Below are positions 1 to 9,175 of a stretch of 64,000 nucleotides of DNA, in pieces (position 1 is the first letter of the stretch; the number at the start of each line of letters is the position of its first letter). Source of the stretch: an uncultured Candidatus Binatia bacterium (GTDB lineage Bacteria > Desulfobacterota > Binatia > UBA9968 > JAJDTQ01); contig OZ243916.1 of NCBI GenBank assembly GCA_965213675.1, forward strand, positions 2,752,001 to 2,816,000, given 5' to 3'. The translations under genes were made by a program, and so were the position numbers. Under the pieces are notes generated by a model, which was not told where the DNA came from, did no database searches, and saw only the letters and a list, made by a program, of their open reading frames with translations.

Positions 1-151
1 CGAACAGTCCGGCAATGCACAGGTAAGTCCAACCCATCATGCGACTCCCAATTTCCGGACCCCTCCATCATGCCGCCCTCGCGCCATATGGTCCTTCCCG
101 CGCAAGTTTACCCTCGGAGCCTGCGGCGCAGGCATTGCCCCGGTTTCGCTC

Positions 152-817
152 ATGGCCGATACTACCGTGGCGATGTCCGGTCCTGCCCCGATGTCTCCTC
201 CGGCCCATTCGGAGCACTGCCGCGCGTGCAAGGTCCGGCTGCACGAACTGCTCACCGCGCTTTACCCGGGCGCGTGCCGCCGGGACCCTTCGTTCCCATG
301 GCCCAGCAAACCCGAGGCGTACCGCGGCCACCCCATCGGGGCGGTGCTGCAACAGATCTTCGACGCCCTGCGCGACCATCGGGGCTACGGGAATTTCATT
401 CGCACACCCTGGATGCCGCCGTGCGACTACCACTTGGACAGCATCGCAGGGGCCAGTATCGCAGGGGACACTATAGCAAGCCCCGGATTCATTCTGGAAT
501 TCGACGAGCGGCAACACTTCACCCGGCCCCGCGCCATCGCCCTGGGCCTGTACCCGAAGGACCTGCGCATGGGCTTCCCCGCCGGCGAATGGCTGCGGCT
601 GTGCGCGGTGCTGAACGCGCGCGACCCCGAGCCGCCCGACCGGGACGAACGGCGGGCATGGTACGACACCTTGAGGGATCTGCTCCCCCTGGTCCATGGA
701 CTCGGCCCCACCGTGCGCCTCTACGAGGGCGCGCTGCGCTGGTGCGAACTGCGTCCCGACGCACCCGCGGACGTGGCGCGTTTCAGGTCTTTTCTCGAAG
801 GAGGCGCCATAGTATAG
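152..817 (+). CDS. hypothetical protein, possible PD-(D/E)XK/Vsr-like nuclease fold
   Basis: 221-aa ORF with PCDY...ILEFDERQHFT and RRAWYDTLRD motifs, resembling a D...ExD nuclease-type core; contains a 3x15-nt in-frame tandem repeat. Confidence 0.5.
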   Translation: MADTTVAMSGPAPMSPPAHSEHCRACKVRLHELLTALYPGACRRDPSFPWPSKPEAYRGHPIGAVLQQIFDALRDHRGYGNFIRTPWMPPCDYHLDSIAGASIAGDTIASPGFILEFDERQHFTRPRAIALGLYPKDLRMGFPAGEWLRLCAVLNARDPEPPDRDERRAWYDTLRDLLPLVHGLGPTVRLYEGALRWCELRPDAPADVARFRSFLEGGAIV

Positions 818-838
818 AGGGCGAAGAACGCGAAGGGG

Positions 839-1414
839 TTGATGCGCGCGACGGGCGGGACGCAGCCAGACTACAACGGAAGGAGCGATGGCGTGGCGCG
901 AGACAACGACGCCGACAGGCTCAAGGCGGGGGATCTCATCCGTGAGATCAAACGGGCCGGCATCCGTTTCATCGTGGCCCTGCCCGACCGGACCACCAGC
1001 GAGCACCTGCTGAAGAACATGATCAAGGATCCCGACTTCCAGGTGGTGCAGGTGTGCAAGGAAGACGAGGGGGTGTCCATCTGCAGCGGGCTCTACGCCG
1101 CCGGGCACCGGTCGCTGCTGCTGATGCAGTACACGGGCCTGTTGGACTCCATCAACGCGGTCCGCGGCGTTGCCGTGCAGGGGAAGAACCCGGTGTGCAT
1201 GATGGTGGGGATGCTCCAGAAGGAGCCCGGCGTCCCCCCCAGGCAGTCCAGGCGCTACGGCCTGCGCATCGTCGAGCCGATCCTGGAGGCGATGGAGGTG
1301 GAGTACCACAACATCGAAGCCCCCGGCGAAGCGGACAAGGTCGTGCCCGCGGTGGAAGCGGCCTATGCGGACGCGAGGCCGGTGGTCATGCTCATCGGAC
1401 GGGAGCCTGTCTGA
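839..1414 (+). CDS. sulfopyruvate decarboxylase alpha-subunit-like TPP enzyme (ComD-like)
   Basis: GIRFIVALPD, CKEDEGVSICSGL, MQYTGLLDSINA motifs; paired with the downstream TPP-binding subunit; true start may be the GTG near 893. Confidence 0.75.
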   Translation: MMRATGGTQPDYNGRSDGVARDNDADRLKAGDLIREIKRAGIRFIVALPDRTTSEHLLKNMIKDPDFQVVQVCKEDEGVSICSGLYAAGHRSLLLMQYTGLLDSINAVRGVAVQGKNPVCMMVGMLQKEPGVPPRQSRRYGLRIVEPILEAMEVEYHNIEAPGEADKVVPAVEAAYADARPVVMLIGREPV

Positions 1415-1416
1415 CC

Positions 1417-1983
1417 ATGATGAAACGCGACGAATGCCTCAAGGTTCTGGCGCGCCACCGCACCGGCGAGATCGTGGTGGCGGTCTACAAGGCGGCGCAG
1501 GATTGGATCCACATCGCGCCGTCCGACCTCAACTACACGTTCACCGGCGCCATGGGACAGGGTTCGTCCCATGCGCTGGGCCTGGCCCTCGGCCGCCCCG
1601 ACAAGCGGGTGGTGATGCTGGACGGCGACGGCAGTCTGCTCATGAACCTGGGCAGCCTGGTCACCATCGCCAACGCCGCGCCAAAGAACTTCGTGCATTG
1701 CGTGTGCGAGAACGGCACCTACGAGACCAACGGCGGCGTCCCCATCCCGCGTCACGACGGCTTCACCTTCACCGGCGTTGCGCGTGAGGCCGGCTACGTC
1801 AAGACCTACACCATCGACAACCTGGAAGACTGGGAGCGCAACCTCGACACCATCCTCAAGGAGGACGGTCCCATCCTGGTGGACCTCAAGATGGAACCGG
1901 GCGAAGACTACCCGGAGAACTTTCCCCGCCTGTACAGCACCGAGTACCGCGACCGCTTCGCCAAGGCGCTGGCGGAGTCGTAG
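1417..1983 (+). CDS. TPP-binding subunit (ComE-like decarboxylase beta subunit)
   Basis: GAMGQGSSHALGLAL and GDGSLLMN...ENGTYETNG TPP-binding motif; its TAG stop is formed at the left end of MITE copy 1. Confidence 0.8.
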   Translation: MMKRDECLKVLARHRTGEIVVAVYKAAQDWIHIAPSDLNYTFTGAMGQGSSHALGLALGRPDKRVVMLDGDGSLLMNLGSLVTIANAAPKNFVHCVCENGTYETNGGVPIPRHDGFTFTGVAREAGYVKTYTIDNLEDWERNLDTILKEDGPILVDLKMEPGEDYPENFPRLYSTEYRDRFAKALAES

Positions 1984-2140
1984 TGTGGTGTCTGGTTAAT
2001 TCGCGCATAATCTGCGGAGGATTTTTTGTTGTCGGCAAGGCGCGATGACGAGCAGTGGCGTGTACCACGCGAGGAAGAGCAACGCAGCCGACGGCGAATA
2101 AGACCCGCAGATTATGACGCGTATTAACCAGACACCACAC
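1983..2140 (+). mobile_element. MITE copy 1 (IS630/Correia-like, about 36-bp TIR, TA duplication)
   Basis: GTGTGGTGTCTGGTTAAT...ATTAACCAGACACCACAC flanked by TA on both sides; near-identical copies at 25406, 35935 and 60242. Confidence 0.9.
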
Positions 2141-2246
2141 TAGGAACCAGCATTCCCGCGTCCCTCCGTCGCGTCCCCCCGTCATGCCCGCAAGACAGGC
2201 CGTGTCAAAACGCTGTTCGGACGCAGCAGGACGCCAACTCCCGAAT

Positions 2247-2299
2247 CGTCATTCCCGCGAAAGTTTGCCCTCGACACGGTTCGGGGGCGGGAATCCAGG
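2247..2299. repeat. REP-like palindrome, family A (GTCATTCCCGC...GCGGGAATCCAG with inserted inner hairpin)
   Basis: near-identical to 14479-14531; ATTCCCGC/GCGGGAAT stem. Confidence 0.75.
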
Positions 2300-3289
2300 G
2301 TCGGTGGAGGGGGCCTGCGCTTCCGGATTGAGCACGTTCACCGGCTTGCCCCCGGTGAACGCGACGACATTGGCAAAGGCGCTCTGGTAGCGCTGGTACA
2401 AGATCCGGTCCACGGCGTAGCCGCGGTGGGAGGCCAGGATCACGTTGTCGAAGCCACGCAGCGGATGGTCCGGAGGCAGCGGCTCCTCGTCGTAGACATC
2501 CAGACCCACCCCGCCGGGATGCCCCCGCTCCAGCGACTCGATCAGCGCTTCCTCCGAGATGACCGGTCCGCGCGCGGTGTTGATGAGCAGCGCGCCGGGT
2601 TTCATGCGCTCCAGCGCGCGGCGGCCGATGAGTCCGCGGGTCTCGGCATTCAGCCGGCAGTTCACCGACACCACGTCCGACGCTTCAAGCAGCGCGTCCA
2701 GGGACACGCGCCGCGCCCCCGCCTCCACCGCCCGCTCGTCGGTCAGGGTCTTGCCCGTGGCCAGCACCTCCATGCTGAAGGCCCGCGCGATGCGCGCCAC
2801 CTTGCCACCGATGCGGCCCAGCCCGATGACGCCCAGGGTCCGCCCCTCCAGCAACAGCCCCACGGACGGCGGCCACCCGCCCTCGCGCATTCCCTGGCTC
2901 ACGGACGGGATCTGCCGCGCCAGCGCCAGCAGCAGCGCAAAGGTCAGCTCCACCGTGGACGCGCCGGAGTCGTTGGGCGTGCACGACACCAGGATTCCGC
3001 GGCGCGTGGCCTCCGCTACGTCCAGGTGCGGTATTCCGCGGCCGATCTGGGAAACGAAGCGCAGCGACCGGGCCAGCGCGAACTCGCGCTCACGGAACGG
3101 CGAGCGCTCGCGCATGAGCACCACCGCGTGCGCGTCGCCCACTGCGGCGGCCCATTCCTCGTCGCTGGTGAGCTTGCGCTCGACCACGTGGACGTCGGCC
3201 ACGGCCGCCACCTCTTCGTACGCCGGAACCGTCGTCGAGAACTTCTCGTAGTCGTCCAGCACCACCACACGAAAGCGATCATTCATCAT
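2249..3289 (-). CDS. D-2-hydroxyacid dehydrogenase family protein
   Basis: GVIGLGRIG Rossmann motif, LINTARG, GLDVYDEEPL, SHRGY; the C-terminus runs into the REP element. Confidence 0.9.
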   Translation of the reverse strand: MMNDRFRVVVLDDYEKFSTTVPAYEEVAAVADVHVVERKLTSDEEWAAAVGDAHAVVLMRERSPFREREFALARSLRFVSQIGRGIPHLDVAEATRRGILVSCTPNDSGASTVELTFALLLALARQIPSVSQGMREGGWPPSVGLLLEGRTLGVIGLGRIGGKVARIARAFSMEVLATGKTLTDERAVEAGARRVSLDALLEASDVVSVNCRLNAETRGLIGRRALERMKPGALLINTARGPVISEEALIESLERGHPGGVGLDVYDEEPLPPDHPLRGFDNVILASHRGYAVDRILYQRYQSAFANVVAFTGGKPVNVLNPEAQAPSTDPGFPPPNRVEGKLSRE

Positions 3290-3348
3290 GGTAGTCAGCT
3301 TACCGATTGACCAGCTCCGAAGGAAGGACACACAGCCACGTCTGTGAT

Positions 3349-3372
3349 GGGGCGACCGCCGGTCACCCCTAC
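3349..3372. repeat. GTAG-type REP, family B (GGGGCGACC..GGTCGCCCCTAC)
   Basis: palindrome ending in CTAC; related copies at 35829-35852 and 42601-42626. Confidence 0.6.
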
Positions 3373-3555
3373 AAGTCATCGCGCCGTGCCGACGACAAGC
3401 GTTCTGCGCATTCGGATCAACGGTTTCGTGAAACGCCACACGGGTCGCGCCGCTTGGCCGACCATCGTGTGGGTTCAGGTATGGACGCCGCGGGTTGCGC
3501 GGGTCGGACGTTTGTGACACGTCCGTTTCCACTACCCTGTTGCGGAGGCAATTCC

Positions 3556-3903
3556 ATGAGCCAGTTGACCGAAGAAAAGTGCGTGGCGTGCCGCGCGGAC
3601 GCCCCGGTGGTGACGCCGGAGGAAATTGACGAACTCAAGCCGCAGATGGCGGACTGGACCATGATCGAGGAGGACGGCATTCCCAAGCTCGACCGGCTCT
3701 TCAAGTTCAGGAACTTCACCCAGGCGCTGGGGTTCACGGCGGCGGTGGGCGACATCGCCGAGGCGGAAGGGCACCACCCTCGGATCGTCACCGAGTGGGG
3801 CCGCGTGCGCGTCACTTGGTGGACCCACAAGATTCGCAACCTGCACCGGAACGATTTCATCATGGCGGCCAAGACCGACCGGCTCTACGGCGAAGCCGGA
3901 TGA
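3556..3903 (+). CDS. phhB: pterin-4-alpha-carbinolamine dehydratase
   Basis: AEAEGHHP, WWTHKIRNLHRNDFIMAAKTD; GGAGG RBS upstream. Confidence 0.9.
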   Translation: MSQLTEEKCVACRADAPVVTPEEIDELKPQMADWTMIEEDGIPKLDRLFKFRNFTQALGFTAAVGDIAEAEGHHPRIVTEWGRVRVTWWTHKIRNLHRNDFIMAAKTDRLYGEAG

Positions 3904-4133
3904 CCGATCCAGCGACCTGTCGGGTTTGGCTTGCGCCCTTGGACTTCGTCCCCGCGCAGCCTGTGCCGAGCCCGTCGTGGGGCGCTGCATGGTTCACGAT
4001 CCCTCGAATCGGCGCCCGGGCCGCCCCGGCGGTCGGGACTGGCGCATCGCGCGCGCTCTTCCCGGATTGACACGCGGCAACGTCTTGCCGTATTCACGGG
4101 GCTGATCAACGCCCATTTGTGGAGGGAACGCAC

Positions 4134-5147
4134 ATGGCAGACTATCCCATTCTGGATGCGGACTCGCACATCCGCGAGACCGCCGACGACTACCGCTCCC
4201 GCGTGCCCGAAGTGTACCAACGCATCCGTCAGGGGTTCTTCCCCAGCGACACCTGGGACCGCTTCCTCGGCCGCATGGGCAAGCAGACCATTGGCACGAA
4301 CGGCTACGTCGCGGACATGGACGTCGAGGGCATCCAATTGAGCGTCACCTACCCCACCATGGCGCTGAGCCTGAGCCTCGTGCCCCAGAGCGATCTCCAG
4401 AAGGCGCTGGCGCGCGCCTGGAACGACTACATCGGCGAGGTCCAGCAGCACAACCCGCGCATGAAGGGCGTCGCCACCGTGTCACTGAAGGACGTGCCCG
4501 CGGCGTGCGAGGAGTTGAACCGCGCCGTGAACAAGTGGCGCCACCCGGGCGTGATGCTCCACACCCACGGCCACAAGAAGAACCTGGGCGCCGAAGAGTT
4601 CTGGCCCATCTACGCGGAGGCCGAACGGTTGGGCATCCCGGTGTGCTTCCACGGCAACTCCTGGGGCGCCGAGGGACAGGAACGCTGGGAAACCTTCCTC
4701 CAGGCCCACACCGTGAGCTTTTCCTTCGAGATCATGCAGGCCTTCCTGGGCATCACCACGTGCGGGGTGCTGGAGCGCTATCCCAAGCTCAAGGTGGGTT
4801 TCTTCGAGGCGGGATGCGGGTGGCTGCCATACTGGCTCGACCGCATCGACGAGCACTACGAGCGCCGCAGCGAGGAAGCGCCGCTGCTCAAGGGCAAGCC
4901 CAGCGACTACGTGAAGAACGGACGGGTGTACGTGAGCTTCGATCCCGACGACGCCATGCTGCCCTATTGCATGGACCGCTACGGCGACGACATGTGGCTG
5001 TTCGCCGCCGACTATCCCCACTGGGACACCATCTGGCCCAACGCCACCAAGGAGGTGCGCGAGCGCACGGACATCACCGAGGACCAGAAGCGGAAGGTCT
5101 TCTTCGACAACTGCAACCGGTTCTACAGCTTGGGGTTGGAGGCGTAG
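4134..5147 (+). CDS. amidohydrolase family 2 protein
   Basis: DADSH metal-binding motif, FEAGCGW, ADYPHWD. Confidence 0.9.
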   Translation: MADYPILDADSHIRETADDYRSRVPEVYQRIRQGFFPSDTWDRFLGRMGKQTIGTNGYVADMDVEGIQLSVTYPTMALSLSLVPQSDLQKALARAWNDYIGEVQQHNPRMKGVATVSLKDVPAACEELNRAVNKWRHPGVMLHTHGHKKNLGAEEFWPIYAEAERLGIPVCFHGNSWGAEGQERWETFLQAHTVSFSFEIMQAFLGITTCGVLERYPKLKVGFFEAGCGWLPYWLDRIDEHYERRSEEAPLLKGKPSDYVKNGRVYVSFDPDDAMLPYCMDRYGDDMWLFAADYPHWDTIWPNATKEVRERTDITEDQKRKVFFDNCNRFYSLGLEA

Positions 5148-5206
5148 CGCGGAGGGGTCTCTCGGATCTCGACGGGGGTTAGCGCACCGCCGACTCGCAC
5201 CGGGGT

Positions 5207-6640
5207 CTACAACCCCAGCTCCCCGGCCACGGCGTTTTCCACCACGGTGCCCTTGAAGAACTCGGGGTTGTTGCGCGTGTGCAGGCGCGCGGCGTTGGTG
5301 AAGGTGAACTCGCGGAAGTCCTGTTCGGTCACGTGGCCCTTCTCCACCATCTCGTGGGCCTCGGGAATGACCTCCTTGAAGTCGGGCACGTCGAAGTGCG
5401 TGAAGTCGGAGCTGAATATCGGCTGCAGGCGCACGCCCATCCGCGGATCGAACGCCCACATGGTGGCGCGGTCGTCGGCCTCGCAGCCAAAGAAGAAGTT
5501 GGTGGCGAACACCGCCTCGACATCCTCTTCCGAGTTGATCCCCGCAGCCTCGAAATCGTCCACCACATGCTCGGGCCTGGACAGCTCCTCGACGCTGCAG
5601 TTGGGCCGGAACGCGTCGAGATTGTTCATGAGGGCGTCGGCGTTGGCCTTGAGCCGCTCGTCGCCGTAGCGCTCGATGAATCCCTTCAACTCCTCCACGT
5701 CGGTGTCGCTGGGGTACTGCAACCCGGCGCGCCGGCGCTTTTCCCAGTGCTCGATGAGATCGAAGCACATCTGGCAGGCCCAGCTTATGCCACCTTCCAT
5801 GAACCCGAAGTTGAGGCTCGGGTAGCGGTTCACCAAGCCCCCGAGGAAGACGCCGCGGGCGAAGGCGTGGTTCGACTCGGCGAAGTGGCCCACATGGTTG
5901 AAGGTGAAGTTGCTGATGGAGGCGCGGTCGTGCCAGCGGCCGCTGCCTGAATGTTGGGTCACGGCCACGCCCAGCTCGACACAGCGGCGCCACACGGGCT
6001 CGTAGTCATACGGGCTGTCCAGGGCGATGTTGTCGCAAAACCAGGCGGCCTTGCGCGGATCGATGCCCTCGGCCGCCACCGGGACCTTCCGCTCCTGGTT
6101 GCCGCGCAGCATGATGGCCCGGTATCCGCGCTGCACCACCGCGTACTCCAACTCTTCGAGGGCTTCGCCGGGATTATGCGCCGGGATGATGGCCACCGGA
6201 CAGAAACGCTCCGCGTACGGCCCGAACATGTCCGCCGTCATCATATTGTAGGCGCGCACGCCGGCGCGGTGCAGATCATCGTCCTGGATGCCGTTCACGC
6301 TCAGTCCGAAGCTCGGGTAGATCATCGCGAAGTCGATGCCCAGTTCCGGGAGCCGCTCGTTCAGCAAACCCGGCAGGAGACCCGTGGCCTTGTCGAAGGT
6401 GTTCGCGGTGACGCCCCACCAGATGGTGCGGCGCATGCGGTGGTGCTGGCGCTCCTGCGGCGTCGCCCCGTACCAGGACTGGTTCCGGCGCCACAAGTCC
6501 CTGATCTTGTCCACGGCTCCAGCCCCGCCCGCTTCGCTCAAGTATTCGAGGAAGACCGGGATCGGTTCGATCCAGTGCCCGTCGCCGTCGATCACCGGGT
6601 GCTTCAAGCTGTCGTGTATCCGTTGCGCTTCGTTTGCCAT
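5207..6640 (-). CDS. amidohydrolase family protein (long form)
   Basis: HPVIDGDGH, FMEGGISW, FGCEADD, SSDFTHFD; paralog of 50620-52071. Confidence 0.85.
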   Translation of the reverse strand: MANEAQRIHDSLKHPVIDGDGHWIEPIPVFLEYLSEAGGAGAVDKIRDLWRRNQSWYGATPQERQHHRMRRTIWWGVTANTFDKATGLLPGLLNERLPELGIDFAMIYPSFGLSVNGIQDDDLHRAGVRAYNMMTADMFGPYAERFCPVAIIPAHNPGEALEELEYAVVQRGYRAIMLRGNQERKVPVAAEGIDPRKAAWFCDNIALDSPYDYEPVWRRCVELGVAVTQHSGSGRWHDRASISNFTFNHVGHFAESNHAFARGVFLGGLVNRYPSLNFGFMEGGISWACQMCFDLIEHWEKRRRAGLQYPSDTDVEELKGFIERYGDERLKANADALMNNLDAFRPNCSVEELSRPEHVVDDFEAAGINSEEDVEAVFATNFFFGCEADDRATMWAFDPRMGVRLQPIFSSDFTHFDVPDFKEVIPEAHEMVEKGHVTEQDFREFTFTNAARLHTRNNPEFFKGTVVENAVAGELGL

Positions 6641-6806
6641 GGTCGGACTCCTGTCGTTGTGGGCTGGTGTCCTGTCACATGAACTCCGACAGGACACCAA
6701 GGGTCTGCGCCGCGGAAGCCTTGACGCTGGCCTCGGCGCGGATGCCTGGTGGCGGATCCAACGATCTCGCCACAACCTACCATACCACCTGCCCACGCGC
6801 ACCGTT

Positions 6807-8009
6807 TCAGCGCTTGCGCTTGCGCCGGGAACTGGAACTGGTTGCGCTGTTCGCCCGAGGGGCGTGCAGCACGTCCTGGACCGCGTTGCGCACGAGTCCC
6901 GCCTGCCAGCGCAACAAGCCCGCGCACGCCATAATCTCCTCCTCGGTTCGGGGCCGCGTCCGGGCGATGCTTTCAAGGGCGGCCTTGGGCGCCAGGGTCC
7001 ACGGCATGATCCCCAACTCGGCCGCGATCCGGGCACACTCGGTGCGCAACGCATCGAGTTCGTCGTCGTTGAAAGACGGCAAATCGGAGGGAGCCGTGCG
7101 CCGGAGTTCCGGCCACTCGCTCTCCGCCATGGCCGCGGCCCGATCAAGCGCATGCCCAAGCGCCCGGCGGCGCGACCCGACGATATCACGCGGCAGTTTG
7201 GGACCCTGGTCCAGGGGCGCGCCCGGTTGCGAGTCGGCCCATTCCACCAATTCGAGTATCCGGTGATTCTGAAGCACCTTGAAGGGCGGCCGGTTGACGC
7301 GCCGCGCCAACGTGTCGCGCCAACGCCAGATCTCTCGCAGGCAGGCCAGTTGGCGCCGCGACAGGCGCCCCGCCCCCTTGATGCGCCAAACGTCCTCCGG
7401 GTCACGCGCCCGGTCGCAGCCCGTGGCCGCCACCATCGCGCGGCAACTCTCCTGATGCCACGCCACCCGCCCCCACTGAAGCAACTCCCCGTGCAACCGC
7501 TCGGCAAGGGCCTCCAGGTAGCGCGTATCGTTGACCGCGTAGCGCAACTGCTTTTCGCTGAGGGGCCGGCGCGACCAGTCCGATTTCTGCGAATCCTTGA
7601 CGAGCGCGACATCCAGAAGCTGCTGGACCAAGGATGCCAGCCCGATTTGTTCAATGCCAAGAAGCTGCGCGGCGATCATGGTGTCGAAGACTTCGCCGCG
7701 GGGCCTGAAGCCCTTCCACGCGCGCAGCAGCCGCAAGTCGTAGTCGCCACCATGTACGATCAGCCGCTTGTCCGCCAGAATTTCCACCAGACCGGTCAAG
7801 TCCAACCCGGACAGAGGATCGACCACGAAATGCGCATCCGCGACGGAGAGCTGCATCAGGCAGACCTTCTCCGCGTAGTTGTGCAGGCTGTCGGCCTCGG
7901 TATCCAGCGCCACCGCCTCCGCCGCTCGGAGGGACGGAATCAGACGCTCCAACCCAGCGAGGTCATGAACGTAGACGAAGTCCGGATAGTCTTCCCTTTC
8001 GAACACCAC
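6807..8009 (-). CDS. rnd: ribonuclease D (3'-5' exonuclease plus HRDC)
   Basis: ALDTEADS, FDTMIAAQLLG, SDWSRRPLSEKQLRYAVNDT; HRDC-like WRDTLARRVNRPPFKVL. Confidence 0.85.
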   Translation of the reverse strand: MVFEREDYPDFVYVHDLAGLERLIPSLRAAEAVALDTEADSLHNYAEKVCLMQLSVADAHFVVDPLSGLDLTGLVEILADKRLIVHGGDYDLRLLRAWKGFRPRGEVFDTMIAAQLLGIEQIGLASLVQQLLDVALVKDSQKSDWSRRPLSEKQLRYAVNDTRYLEALAERLHGELLQWGRVAWHQESCRAMVAATGCDRARDPEDVWRIKGAGRLSRRQLACLREIWRWRDTLARRVNRPPFKVLQNHRILELVEWADSQPGAPLDQGPKLPRDIVGSRRRALGHALDRAAAMAESEWPELRRTAPSDLPSFNDDELDALRTECARIAAELGIMPWTLAPKAALESIARTRPRTEEEIMACAGLLRWQAGLVRNAVQDVLHAPRANSATSSSSRRKRKR

Positions 8010-8106
8010 TTTTCCCCAGTCCTCCTCGATTGGCCCAAGCCGATTTAATCGGATTCTGCTGGAATATGTCCCCTTTATCTACTGTATTGGCAATCGCGAT
8101 TTCCAT

Positions 8107-8412
8107 GATGGGAGGAACGCCCGCCGGGAGGAGATCGACCAGAAGTGACCCCAGGCGCCGGTGCAGGATTTCGCCGACCACATCGACTACGCGGTCGGCC
8201 TGGCAGGCATGGACCACGCCGGCAGCGCGTCGGACTTCAACGGCCGCGGCATCGACGGATGGGACAACGCGCGCGACACCCTCAACTTCACCATCGAACG
8301 GGTGCGGCGGGGCTGCGGCGCAGATCAGATCGCCCGGCTGGGGGGCGGCAATCCGCTGCGGGTGATGACAGCCGTGGAGGCGTCACCGCGAAACCGAACC
8401 GACCCGTCATAG
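8107..8412 (+). pseudogene. C-terminal remnant of a membrane dipeptidase (peptidase M19)
   Basis: DFADHIDYAVGLAGMDHAGSASDFNG...GGNPLRV matches the M19 C-terminus; in-frame TGA just upstream; N-terminal part absent. Confidence 0.7.
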
Positions 8413-8451
8413 ACGCGCTGGACGCGCTTGGCGACCGGCCCGCGGCACGGC

Positions 8452-9057
8452 TTACCCGTCCGAACTTCGCCGCCGCAGTTCGAAGCGCGACTCTTCTCCG
8501 TCCATCAGGCGGCGGATGTTGCCCCGGTGGCGCAGCATCACCAGGACTGCGATGATGAAGGTCATCCAGACCGTTTCCTCGGGACAGGACAACCCCCACG
8601 CCACCACTGGGGCGGCTATCGCGGCGGCCATGGAGGCGAGGGAGACGCGCCGGTCCGCCAGGACCACCGCCAGAAAAACGCCCAGTACGACGAGGAGGCC
8701 CACGGGCATGGCGGCCAGGTAGACGCCCGCGGCCGTGGCGACGCCCTTGCCACCCTTGAACCTCAGGAACAAGGGATAGAGATGGCCGGCGAAGGCGGCC
8801 AGACCGGCGGATGCGGCCACGGCCGCGCCGAGGTCCAGCAAGTACGCCGCCAGCACCGGCAGGAATCCCTTGGCGACGTCCGCCAACAGTGTGACCGCGC
8901 CCTTTTTCCAGCCCAACGTCCGCGCCACATTGGTGGCGCCGATGTTGCCGCTGCCGGCGCCGCGCACATCCACGCCCGAGGACGATCCCACCAGGAAGCC
9001 CGCGGGAATCGATCCCAGGAGATAGGACAGTATCGTCAGGATGATCGGGGCCATCAT
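8452..9057 (-). CDS. plsY: glycerol-3-phosphate acyltransferase
   Basis: YLLGSIP, GSGNIGATNVAR, FKGGKGVAT, HRGNIRRL. Confidence 0.95.
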   Translation of the reverse strand: MMAPIILTILSYLLGSIPAGFLVGSSSGVDVRGAGSGNIGATNVARTLGWKKGAVTLLADVAKGFLPVLAAYLLDLGAAVAASAGLAAFAGHLYPLFLRFKGGKGVATAAGVYLAAMPVGLLVVLGVFLAVVLADRRVSLASMAAAIAAPVVAWGLSCPEETVWMTFIIAVLVMLRHRGNIRRLMDGEESRFELRRRSSDG

Positions 9058-9122
9058 GGCATCGAAACGGCCGCCAGTCTGAACTTCCTCGGCCTCCGGC
9101 CGGCGCGGTTCTCCTTGCGGAC

Positions 9123-9155
9123 AAAAAAGGGGAGGAAGCCCAACGCCTCCTCCCC
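9123..9155 (-). terminator. Rho-independent terminator after the cupin gene
   Basis: GGGGAGGAGGC-loop-GCTTCCTCCCC followed by T6 on the minus strand. Confidence 0.75.
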
Positions 9156-9175
9156 CGGATCCGAAGGCCTTGAGC

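Noticed and set aside
1886-2185. Short ORFs containing LVWCLVNxRHNLR (also near 25403, 35932 and 59888)
   Set aside because: They are translations of the MITE sequence, not real genes
5207-7660. 817-aa ORF as a single protein
   Set aside because: The 5' part overlaps rnd in another frame; the amidohydrolase starts at 6640
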